Notes: generated by a model from the letters alone, not told the origin. 64,000 nt of DNA from Octopus sinensis (GCF_006345805.1 NC_043004.1:56978001-57042000), one strand, 5' to 3'. Numbered from the stretch's first letter, positions 12,537-23,509 are shown. Numbers and translations: made by a program.

Positions 12537-13285
12537 AAAAAAGATTGTTGCTCAGCAGCTGCCCTTTCGACAACATCATGTTGGCGGTTTGTGGCACGCA
12601 CAACATCTGCGTACCTCTGCTTTGGGGCAAGGGGTACGTGGGTCATCCCTTTTCTTTGTGTTGATGGTTTGTCCATCTGCCTCGTGTCTCTGTGGCAGGG
12701 TCCCCGATGTGCAAAGCGGCAGCCTGCACCTTCCTTTCCATGCCAGCAGGAACCTCTCAGGTAGAACCTACACACCCGTGTGCGCTGTTTGTTTCCATCT
12801 TTTGCGGTTCCACTTCTATTCCTGGTTTTTTCAACCTTTGGTCCTGCCTGGGCTTTTCCTTTAGCTCTTCCAGCCCTTCTTTTAGTTCTTCCTCCTCCCT
12901 CTACCTCTTCACCGGGTTCTCCGTCTCCATGTCCCTTGCTGCCGGTTGGAGAACTTGCACCTGGGTTCACTTCCCGGGCAGGTTTCTCATTCAAAACCTC
13001 CTCCATGGCATCCACCAGGTGGGGGTGACTTCTTTCATCGTCTCCATTCTTGCCATCTTTGCCCCGCTTGGTCTGAAAGATGGCATCAAGTGCGCCAATG
13101 TGCGACCGTATAAGCGCATATGAGCGCACGAATTCCCGTCTCTTTCGCTCCATCTGAGCCGCTGTCCTCTTGTAGCCTTTGTTCTTCAGCGCAGCCGCAA
13201 TCACCTCGCTAGGTCTATCTCTGTCGGCGCGCTTCCAGGCTCGTACGAATAAATCTAGTTCGTCAGGTCTCCATGCTCTGGACAT
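12380..13285 (-). CDS. LINE A ORF1: Myb/SANT-trihelix-like N-terminus plus CCCH zinc finger (301 aa, open)
   Basis: RAWRPDELDLFVRAW...VIAAALKNKGYKRTAAQMERKRREFVRSY fits the trihelix pattern W-x3-E...GY.RT..Q...K. CRFYLRGSCWHGKEGAGCRFAH is C-x7-C-x8-C-x3-H. Lies directly upstream of, and overlaps, ORF2. Confidence 0.8.
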   Translation of the reverse strand: MSRAWRPDELDLFVRAWKRADRDRPSEVIAAALKNKGYKRTAAQMERKRREFVRSYALIRSHIGALDAIFQTKRGKDGKNGDDERSHPHLVDAMEEVLNEKPAREVNPGASSPTGSKGHGDGEPGEEVEGGGRTKRRAGRAKGKAQAGPKVEKTRNRSGTAKDGNKQRTRVCRFYLRGSCWHGKEGAGCRFAHRGPCHRDTRQMDKPSTQRKGMTHVPLAPKQRYADVVRATNRQHDVVERAAAEQQSFLCMAQKIVQQLTWLHQTQARRWDYPLYTRPTEQTDPGWTPPATTYTSPRCSY

Positions 13286-13346
13286 GCTGGATGATCTGTC
13301 TATTTGTTTATCTATCTAACTATGTTCGAGAGAAGACAAGAAGATA

Positions 13347-13775
13347 TTAAGGCTAATTAGAAGATAGAGTATTTGAAAAAAAAATATTAACAATATTAAA
13401 GTTTGTGGGTAAAAACGTTATTTAATCTTAAGGCTAATTAGGAGATAGAGTATCTGAAAATATGTTAACAATATTACTATTATATTAAAGTGTGGGTAAA
13501 AACGTTATTTAATCTTAAGGCTAATTAGAAGATAGAGTATTCAAAACTATATTAAAGTGTGGGTGAAAAGTTAAAGTGTGGGTAAAAAGGTTATTTAATC
13601 TTAAGGCTAATTAGAGGATAGAGTATCTGAAAATATATTAACAAATATTTAAAATGTGGGTAAAAAGGCTAATTAGAAGATATTAGAGTGTGGGTAAAAA
13701 ATTAGAAGATGTTAAAGTGTGGGTAAAAACGTTGTTTATTCTTAAGGCTAATTAGAAGATAGAGTATCTGAAAGA
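13347..13775. repeat. Tandem 70-87-bp monomers (about 6) in the 5' UTR of LINE A
   Basis: ttaaggctaattagaagatagagtat recurs at 13347, 13428, 13515, 13601, about 13667 (partial) and 13742, each with gtgtgggtaaaaa. Confidence 0.85.
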
Positions 13776-14754
13776 GGAGAGATGAGGGGGTAACAAAGAG
13801 GGGAAAGATTATCTATCTAAAGTTCGTGAAAGTTCACGTCCATGCATATATACGCATACATATATACATACACGCACACACACATACATACACGTGCACA
13901 CACATATACACAGACGGGGAGAGAAGGAAGGTGGAAAAAAAGAAAATGAGTGAAAATATATTAATATATATATATATATATATATTAAAGTGTGAAGAAA
14001 GGGTTATTTAATTCTGAAGCCAATTTCTGCCTTCGAGAACAGATATTGAGATGTAAACAAACAAAATGGCGATCGTAACTTTAACAGGAGATGTGGGCTT
14101 AAGTTAAGGTGGATGAAATAGGATAATAAACAAAATATGAAATAGATGAAAGTGATACTTAATCCAACGATGTGGTCTGGATTTTTTGTGGTTTACGGGA
14201 TTATTTTCCAGGAGATGTTTCTTTTTCCTTCTTCTAGGAGATAAGTTACTTCAGTGAGTTTTTCCACCATGTGCGTCTTCGGCGAAAAGAAAAATTATTA
14301 CTGTATTTGGCTTCAGGCAAAATATATTACGTTTTTGATTAATATATTTGTAACCGACGTGTTGTAGTGGACTTTATGAGTTGAATTTGTGACTTTCAGT
14401 AGATTATTTCACCGATTTATGCACACTTTCTGCTTTTTTTCAACAGAGCAAAGGCGATACACGACTTTCCCTGCCGGAACCGGAAATACATGTATATATA
14501 TAAATAATATATATATATAAATTATATATATATGTATATATATAAATTATATATATATATAAATAATATATATGTATATATATAAATATGTATATATATA
14601 AATATGTATTATATAAATATATATATATGTATATATATAAATATATATATATATATTATATATATATATATTATATATATATATAATTATATATATATAT
14701 ATATATATAAAATATATATATATAATATATATATAATATATATATATATGAATA

Positions 14755-14799
<45 letters not shown>

Positions 14800-14931
14800 T
14801 ATAAATATATATATATATAAATATATATATATAAATATATATGTACTTACTTTGATACTTTGATAGGTTTCGGCCATTATTGGCCCAGGCCATGTCTAAC
14901 TTAATAGCACCACCTGGTGAAGTCTTTCAAG

Positions 14932-17900
14932 TCAGAATTTGGGCACTATGGCCCACTCAAGTAGAGAGTTATTGTTTACAGAGACATATCCGGGTGTAGG
15001 GGGTTTATCCGGGATTTCTTGAAGGAATCTGTCCAAAGACTTCTTGAACCCTATAGGGTCAGTTTCTGTTTTAATGTGTTTTGGTGTAATGTTAAAGAGA
15101 GCGGGGCCAATTGAGGTGAAATATTGTGCCGTATTGTTTGTTATGAGATGAGAGTGCGATTTTTGTTTTGGGCGGATGGCACGGGGCCCAAGCCTTGGAT
15201 GTACCTTAAAGGTGATGCCAACATCATTTGGGCAATGCTGATGGAATATTTTCCACATCATGCAGATGATGTAGCGCTCACGACGACGTTGGAGAGAATA
15301 GAGTTTTAGCTTTTCTAGTCGACCCCAATAGTCGAGGCCTGTCATGCCATCCATCTTTTTTGTGATTGCCCTTTGAGGTGCTTCAACTTTTATGATGCCT
15401 TGTATTGTGTGGGGAGACCACAGTGGACAACAGTATTCAAGGTGGGTTCGGGCAAAAGTGGAGAAGAGAAGGATAATGGTGTGGATATCTCTCGACTGGA
15501 AAGTTCTGAGAATCCAGGAACACATTCTGCGGGCCATGTCAACTTTGGTGTTTATATGAGTGGCCCAGCTTACGTTGTTGTCCACAATTACTCCCAAGTC
15601 TCTGATGTTGTTGGATGCCGCGAGAGTTTCACCTGAAGGAAGGGAGTATGGGAGTTTCAGGGCATCCTCTTTTCGAAAGTGGATTAGCTCAAATTTATCC
15701 TCGTTCAGCAGCATATTGTTTTTTCTGCCCATTGGATAACAGCCAGTAGATCTGACTGAAGGCATGTCCGGTCACTCGCCTCATTTATGACCTTCTGTAG
15801 CTTGGAGTCATCTGCAAAGATTTTTATGTTGCTGTGCTTGATGATGTCATTAATGTCATTAATGTAAATGATGAAAAGAAGTGGGCCCAGCACAGTGCCT
15901 TGCGGAACGCCACTACTGACTTTGGCTGGGCTTGATTTTACCCCTTCAACTACAACATGTTGAGATCTGTCTGTCAGAGACACTTAATCCATTTCAGTAA
16001 CTTTCCAGAGACACCAATGTTGGATAGTTTTTTCAATAGGATCTTGTGATCGACCCTGTCGAAGGCCTTACTGAAATCAAGGTAGATGACATCGGTGTTG
16101 GAGCCCTCTCCCAAAGCTCTCAAAATGTCCTCAAAGTGATGCAGGAGCTGCGTTAGGCAGTCCCTTCCATTACGGAACCCATGTTGGTTGGAGATCAGCC
16201 GTCTGTTGCTTTCCAGAAATTGGGTTATTCGAGATCTCACCACCCTCTCAAATACCTTGATGATATGAGAGGTGAGTGAGATCGGACGGTAATTCACTGC
16301 AAGGGACTTGTTTCCCTTTTTGAAAACTGGGACAACAGACTGGGACAGAAGGTTTTTTTGGAATATAGCCAGCATCCAGTGAGTTTCTCCACATATTAGC
16401 AAGGGGAGATGCAAGTTGGTGTCGACACACCTTCAGGACACAAGCAGGGAACCTATCGGGGCCTACTGCTGAATTGTGTTTTATTTCGTTTATCGCCGCT
16501 AAGACATCAGGGGCACTAAACGTTATGTCCGATATAGTGTGTTGGGGGTTGACATCACTGATACAGGCCCAATCGGCCATATCAGATTGCTGAAAACAGA
16601 GCAGTATTGTTTCTGCAGTATCTCGGCCATGGATTTGGCATTATCTTGGAGAGTGCCAGTTTCGTCAATTAGAGGGCCTACAGTGGAGACAGTGACCCTG
16701 CGTTTCCGCTCCTCGCAAATGAAACACTTTGGGGTTGAGTTTGATTTTTCAATGCCCACTTCTCCTCAGCTGATCTTTGGTTATTGATGAGGGTCTTCAT
16801 GCATTGTTGGAGGTTATATTTTTTGGATTCAAGCAGTGCGATAGCCGTCGAATGTGTGTGTTGCTGTTGGCAGTACTTTAGTTTGTTAATTTTTTTGTTT
16901 GTTCTTTTTATTTTTCTGATAATGGTTTTTCTGTTTGGGGGATTCTGCACTTTTTGTTCACAGGTCTGGTGGGGAGTGTTTTGCACATATGTCTGTGACG
17001 GTGTCTACAAAGATCTGCCAAGATGTTTTATGGGTTGGTGGAGATGTGTGTATGTGTAAAGGACCAGTCAACATTTGATAGCTCGTTCCTGATTGCATCC
17101 CAGTTGGCTTTATGGAGATCCATGTTGTCAAATGGGTGGGCTGGAGGAAGGTCACTAGGATTAGCTTTCGGCTGGTGGAATTTCATGTTACAGAGAACCA
17201 TGTCATGGTCTGAAAGAAGGGTTTTTTCCACTGTAACGTTATGTATAGTGTTAGTGTGGTTACTAAACACTAGGTCCAAAATGTTCTGATGTCTTGTTGG
17301 TGCAAGGACAAGTTGGGACAAGAAAACTCATTCGTAAAGTCGAAAAGTGACTCTGCTGCTTCTTTGTCAGCGGTTGAGGCGGGAGTGCTTGGTTTCAAAC
17401 AGTTTGTAGTCCAGTCAACACAGGGTAGATTGAAGTCTCCCATCATGAGTATGTTGCTAGAATGGCACTGTTGAATAAAGCACTTAATGCTGTTGAGGCA
17501 TTCTTTAAAGCACAGTATGGTGTTTTGGGCGGCCTATAGAGCCCAATTACTGTCAGGTCATTGGCTTTGTTGTGCACGGTGACTGATTCACAGTAGCCGT
17601 TGGAGAATATACTATTTCCATCTGCCGTAAATGAATCATGCAGGAAAATGGCAGTTCCACCATTCCTCCTGCCGATACGATCCGCGCGGATGGTTGTGAA
17701 ATTCTTCACTCTCACTTCGGCTTCCAAGTGGGAGTTGTCAAGGTGGGTCTCAGTGAGAATGAAGAAAGGGATGTGGTGTGAATGGTTACCAACCCAGTCT
17801 TCAATGAATTGGACCTTCCATTTTTGTGCATTGATGGAAGGGCTGACACCTTGTGCATTGAGTAGGAATGTGGAGGTTAGTGTAGTGGCTGGTTTTGACT

Positions 17901-17961
17901 GTTGCAGGGGGCTTGGATTTTTTGTGTGTGTTAGTGGCAGCAATGTGGGGAATTGGTGCAC
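14932..17961 (-). pseudogene. LINE B ORF2 (APE-RT), multiply frameshifted
   Basis: ORFs 17443-17961, 17028-17321, 16678-16986, 16248-16580, 15974-16414, 15705-15983 and 14932-15765 are colinear. Confidence 0.9.
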
Positions 17962-19147
17962 TGGGGTAATAGCAAAGGATGGTGTTGAGTGATGGCTAGA
18001 ATGTTTTTGTGTATCTCTTTTGCCATGTTCAACATGGCTAAAAAAGATTTCCTGCTTAGGGAGCAGTTTTTGGCTGGAGGTGTGGTTGCACTGTTGGATA
18101 GGGTTGTAGTTTCCACTTTTGTTGTTGTTGTTTTTGTGTCTTCCTGAAAAGACTGGACCAGCATTACTGCAGCATGGTGTGTTTCTATTTTTATTGTTAT
18201 TCAGGTTTGTGTGTTGGCTTGAGGCCCCGTTTCTGTTTGTGCGTCGGGTCCCTGGAAGTTGAGTGAAGGGACAGTCACTCAGTAGACATGTTCTCTCACG
18301 TTGGGAATACCGGCAGATTTTGGACTCCGAGTTGTGTGTGTTTTGAATTTCGATTTACTATTTGGTGGTGTTGATGTTATTGTGGGATGCGTGCTTTGGC
18401 CTTGGCCGGTAGTGCGTCTAGTGCCGGGTAGATGCGTGAAGATGCAGTCACTATTTGTGCAGAGTCTCTGGCGCAGTGAATAGCGGCATATTTGGGGATT
18501 TCTTGTTTGAGCCGTGGGGGGCGCATTCTGCTTCCTATGTTTCTTTAAGTTTTTGTTACTGCAGTAGTATTGAGGTGGTGATGTGGGGGAAGAGGGCAGT
18601 GGTTTCTTATTTGGTTTTCTGTTGGTATTTTTGGTGATAGAAGACGATGGTGGCAGCGATGATGATGATGATAATTGTGGTGGTTGCTGTGAGAGCGGTG
18701 AAAAGATACTGGCATTTAGTGAATTGTCTAGTAAGCTAGAGTTGAGGAGTGGCTGTTGTTCTTGTTGCTGTGGCTGTTGTTGTTGTTGTTGCGCCTGACC
18801 GATGTCAGGGTCAGCCATTGTGCTGGGAACCAGGAGTGGCTCATTCTTTGTTGTTGTTGTTGTGGCTGCTGATTTTCTAGCTGTTGTTGTTCTTGAACTG
18901 TGAAAATATGTAGAAGCTTTTCATAATGGCCTCTTATCAGTTTGAAAGATACTTCGATATGTTTCAACTTGCTACGAATCTGTTTGACGGATCGTGTGTT
19001 GACCACTTGTGATGTTTTTTCGGCAATCTCATTCAAACACAAGACATTTAGATTTTCTGTTTGGGAAAGAGAGAGCCATGTGTTTATTAAAACATCAATT
19101 TCGTTATCAGACCAATTTCGTCTGTTGCAGGCCTGCAAGTTAGTCAT
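17931..19147 (-). pseudogene. LINE B ORF1: Myb/SANT-like N-terminus, poly-Q, CCCH finger; disrupted
   Basis: RRNWSDNEIDVLINTW...EIAEK...TRSVKQIRSKLKHIEVSF. Frameshift in the (CAA)n tract near 18850, then ICRYSLRQRLCTNSDCIFTH (C-x8-C-x4-C-x3-H), then internal stops. C-terminal SFLAMLNMAKEI resembles SFLCMAQKI of ORF1-A. Confidence 0.75.
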
Positions 19148-19702
19148 GTTTGTTTTTCTTTTGTTTGTTTTCCTTTTGATTTTTGAAAATATATATATTC
19201 TTCTTGGGAGTTAAAGAAGTGTATATATATATAAATGTTCTCTCTTAAGGGTGTGAGTTTTTGATTATTTGGTGGTTGTTTGAGGATATTAAAAGAAAAA
19301 CAGGTGTAATAACAATTTGTAGTTAAATGAAAACGTACTTACGGGTTTGTAGGCAAACACGTGGTTACAATATATATATATTTAAGGTCAGTTAGTTTTG
19401 AAGCTGTGTAGCTTGCTACTGACTTGGAGAAGAAACAAATAGACGTCCGTCCACTCCAACAGTTAATCCATGTATACATATAAATATATATATATATAAT
19501 ATATATATATGTAAATATATATATATGTATATATATAAATATATATATTGTATATAAAATATATATAATAAATATATATTATAAAATATATATATAATAT
19601 ATATAAATATTATATAAATAAATATATATATATATAAATATAATAAATATATATATAAATATATATATATATAATATATATAAATAATATATATATATAT
19701 AA

Positions 19703-19733
<31 letters not shown>

Positions 19734-19765
19734 AATTATATATATATATAATATATATATATATA

Positions 19766-19796
<31 letters not shown>

Positions 19797-19808
19797 AATA
19801 ATATATAA

Positions 19809-19839
<31 letters not shown>

Positions 19840-19855
19840 AATATATATATATATA

Positions 19856-19904
<49 letters not shown>

Positions 19905-20039
19905 AAGAAAATAGTAAAGTGTGAAAAAACGACAGAAGGCTTAAATGTTAAAAAATATATATATTTGTGTCAAAATGTCTGGAGAATATTGGAAAAATTT
20001 TTTTCCTTTCCTTAAAATGACATAATTTTAAAATTTTTA

Positions 20040-20079
20040 AAGAAATTACCGGTTTCGCGTGTAGCTTTTCAAATTTCTT
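20040..20079 (-). ncRNA. Minimal type I hammerhead ribozyme, U3-A8 variant (left arm)
   Basis: Reverse complement of the 21331-21370 motif; identical. Confidence 0.75.
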
Positions 20080-21330
20080 GTGACGTTATGTTTATATTGT
20101 ATGGAATTATCGTTGTTTTTATTTCCAGGAGATTTCTAAATAAGGGGAGGTAGTGAGTGATTTTTTCCGGTGTAGGGGAGATAATCGCTTAAAAAATTTT
20201 TTTTTTCCCATTTCCTTGTTAATTTCTCTGTGTCAGTATGTTCGATGGTTGAGTCTGGGTTTGTACTTTTCAATGAAGAATGTTTCCTTGTTCAGTCTCA
20301 TTTGTGTTGATGATCCGAAAGCACATTGGTAAAATGGGAAGATTAAAAATTGTGGCAGTAGTTGCTTTGCGCATTTCTCGATGTGCTCACTAAAAGGTAT
20401 CATTCTATATTCTGGGAATGCAATCTGTTTCGATGCAGTGTGCATCTGCGCCTGAGTGATAGTCCCGTGGAACCCACGTAGTCTTGGTGGCAGCCCGAGC
20501 ATTAATAACATAAATTATGTTTTCAGAGGCACAAGTAAAGTTAGATTTGATCTTAAATTTCTGTCTCTTAAAGAAGAATTCTGATCCTTCAATAGGTTAG
20601 GACATGTTGCACAGTTCGATCTACCACATTTTTTAACTTTGCATCCGTATTTTAGAAGACAATTTTGCCTTTGTGAGAATCTTTTTAGTGATTTAGGCTG
20701 TTGTAGCTTTTAATGATTTGGTGTATGTAGAATTTCCTTTAATTTTGGGTTTTTATGAAGTATTGGTAATTCTGGGTGATGATGGTGAAGGCTTCTTTGT
20801 TTCTGGGGTTGTATGTAGATATGTAAGGTAGTATTTTTCAGGGAGGTGTGGTTGTGTGTTGAACTTTTCTTAAAGTTTCTATGTTGATTTCTGTTGCACG
20901 TCTGATCCCATCCTCTATGAGTTGAGCTGGTAATGTCTGTCAATTAGGGTGTTTTTGAGTTCTTGCAGTCTAAAGTTCCTGGTATTTTGTTCTGACACTA
21001 TTGTGCATATCCTTCTTGCATACCTTTTAGTGAGCCCTTTTAGTGAGCAAAGCAACTACTGCCACAATTTTTAATCTTCCCATTTTACCAATGTGCTTTC
21101 GGATCATCAACACAAATGAGACTGAACAAGGAAACATTCTTCATTGAAAAGTACAAACCAGACTCAACCATCCGAACATACTGACACAGAGAAATTAACA
21201 AGGAAATGGGAAAAAAAATTTTTTAAGCGATTATCTCCCTACACCGGAAAAAATCACTCACTACCTCCCTTATTTAGATCTCCTGGAAATAAAAACAACG
21301 ATAATTCCATACATATAAACATAACGTCAC

Positions 21331-21370
21331 AAGAAATTTGAAAAGCTACACGCGAAACCGGTAATTTCTT
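21331..21370 (+). ncRNA. Minimal type I hammerhead ribozyme, U3-A8 variant (right arm)
   Basis: aagaaat-TTGAAAA-gc tacac gc-GAAA-CCGG-TA-atttctt. Perfect 7-bp helix I, 2-bp helix II, helix III reduced to the A-U pair plus a palindromic CCGG loop, C3U/G8A covariation. Confidence 0.75.
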
Positions 21371-21604
21371 TAAAATTTTAAATTATGTCATTTTAAGGAA
21401 AGGAAAAAAATTTTTCCAATATTCTCCAGACATTTGACACAAATATATATTTTTTAACATTTAAGCTTCTGTCGTTTTTTCACACTTTACTATTTTCTTA
21501 TATATTCACCCACGTGCTTTACCAAACAAACTTTCTTATCTATTATATATATATATATATATTATAAATATATATTAAATATATATATATATATATATAT
21601 ATAA

Positions 21605-21637
<33 letters not shown>

Positions 21638-21638
21638 A

Positions 21639-21695
<57 letters not shown>

Positions 21696-21785
21696 TATAA
21701 ATATATATATATAAATACATATAATATATATATACATATATAATATATAATATATATATATATATATATATAATATATATATATA

Positions 21786-23279
21786 TGATTTTGATTTTGA
21801 TGATTTTTGATTTTTCCATTTTCAGCTAATGAGCTGTGGCCATGCTGGGGCACCGCCATTTGGTTTGCTACACGATTTTACCTCACTGATGCTTTTTAGC
21901 AAACGCCATCTGATGCATGAGAGAGTTCGATGCAGCTGCCCTCATCTGCACCTCCTGCCGTGAAGTTGGTTCATCCGGGACACCTGACAGGAAGAGGTCC
22001 AGTCCTACTTTAAAGACATCCGCAAATACACCATGCAGGTCCCTCAGGTTCTTTGGGAGGATATTGAAGAGCTGTTGGCCTCTAAAGCCCAGGCTATCAC
22101 AATATCTTGTCCTACATCTTGATGGCAAATTTGGAGTCTTTGGTACTATTGCAGTGGCACCCGGTTCTGGCATTTGTGTGACTCTCGATGCCAAAGTTTG
22201 GGACAAGTCCTTCCAGGATCTTCCAGATATATATTATGACGTATCTTTCTCGCGTACGCTCCAGGGAATAGAGCTTTAATCTCTTGAGTCTTTCCCAGTA
22301 GCTCATCTGCTGCATAGAGGCTATCTTCTTCGTGTAGCTTCGTTGGATCGCCTCAAGTTCTGTGATCATCTTGACACTGGATGGTGACAATAGCTGAGAG
22401 CAATAGTCAAAGTGGCTTAGGACAAGTGTCTTCCAGAGGACCATCATGGTTTCTTGTTCCGTGTTCTAAAGGTTCTAAGAATCCATCTAGCCTGCCGTCT
22501 ACATTTCATTGCCAGTTTAGCAACATGTACATGAAAGGTCGCGTCATCACTCATGTGAATACCCAAGTCACGCACTGATTATGCCTCTGGGATTGCAATC
22601 CCTCCGGGTCCAGTGTATTCATTGGGTATTGCATTCAGTTTTGCATGCTGATAGTATAAAGCTTGAAACTTTTCAGCTTTGAACTGCATGCTATTCTTTT
22701 CAGCCCACTTGTATATTTCGTCCAGCTCACATTGCAGGTGCTTAGTGTCTTCAGGGTTCTGTATTGCCTGTGAGACTTTTGTATCATCTGCATAACTTGT
22801 GATCATGACGCTCTGCGTGGCTGAGGGCATGCCTGAGAGGGCCATTATGAACAGTAGTGGTCCCAAAACAGTGCCCTGCGGAACACCGCTCACTATTTGC
22901 GTGTTAATGGAAGTGGCCCCATTGGCTGCTACCGCCTGACTTCTATTCTTCAGAAAGTCATGAAGCCATTCTCCCAATTTTCCAACTATGCCAAGATCAC
23001 GCAGTTTGTGACATATCATTCCATGATCGACTTTATCAAATGCCTTTACAAAGTCGAGATATATGACTTCCACATTTGAGTGGTTGAGCAGTTGTTTCAG
23101 CACCCAGTCATAGTGTTGTAGGAGCTGAGTTAAGCAGCCTCTTCCTGGTCGGAAACCATGTTGGGTGTCAGGCAGCAAGTCATTTTCTTCAAGGAAGGTG
23201 ATTAGTTTCCTTCTGACTATTCGTTCCATGACCTTGCTGATGTGTGAGGTGAGAGAGATAGGTCTGTAGTTCTTGGCCT

Positions 23280-23281
<2 letters not shown>
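21786..23281 (-). mobile_element. CR1-like LINE family A, 5'-truncated copy 4
   Basis: RT ORFs 22579-23229, 22112-22447 and 21883-22206. Same 3' end ggcggtgccccagcatggccacagctcattagctgaaa. (TA)n arrays on both sides. Confidence 0.9.
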
Positions 23282-23323
<42 letters not shown>

Positions 23324-23386
23324 TATATATATATATCTATATATATAATATATATGTTTATATATATATATATATACATATATATC

Positions 23387-23454
<68 letters not shown>

Positions 23455-23464
23455 TAATATATAT

Positions 23465-23509
<45 letters not shown>

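Larger units (their letters stand above)
9411..13790 (-). mobile_element. CR1-like LINE family A, full-length copy 3 (5' UTR repeats, ORF1, ORF2 APE-RT)
   Basis: ORF1 12380-13285, then APE motifs (LLNIRGL, LTETHL, GGVAMY, YRPP, MGDFNLP, LDLCF, SDHN) and RT (HGFRPGRSCLTQLL, YLDFAKAF, PQGTVLGP, YADD, DYCSQLWSP). The exact 5' end is uncertain. Confidence 0.9.
14843..19470 (-). mobile_element. CR1-like LINE family B, full-length decayed copy
   Basis: (ATCAAAGT)n tail at about 14843-14865. ORF2 fragments with APE (LLNAQG, LTETHL, GGTAIF, YRPP, ILDLVFSN, SDHD) and RT ([55 protein letters not shown]), with ORF1 upstream. (TA)n arrays on both sides. Confidence 0.9.
19901..21504 (-). mobile_element. 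Penelope-like element, 5'-truncated, with inverted pseudo-LTR
   Basis: Minus strand translates, with frameshifts, to ARRIC..VSEQNTRNFRLQELK, KKCGRSNCATCP, NIIYVI.CSGCHQDYVGST (GIY-YIG) and SEHIEKC...FLIFPFYQ...KYKPRLN. The 3' terminal 470 bp or so (19901-20370) is repeated inverted at 21047-21504. Confidence 0.9.

Noticed and set aside
12310-13123. Plus-strand ORFs of 184 and 143 aa over LINE A ORF1
   Set aside because: Antisense shadows of a GC-rich coding region, with no motifs.
13347-13775. CRISPR-like array
   Set aside because: Eukaryotic context; the inter-repeat segments are themselves homologous and there are no cas genes. It is an ordinary tandem repeat.
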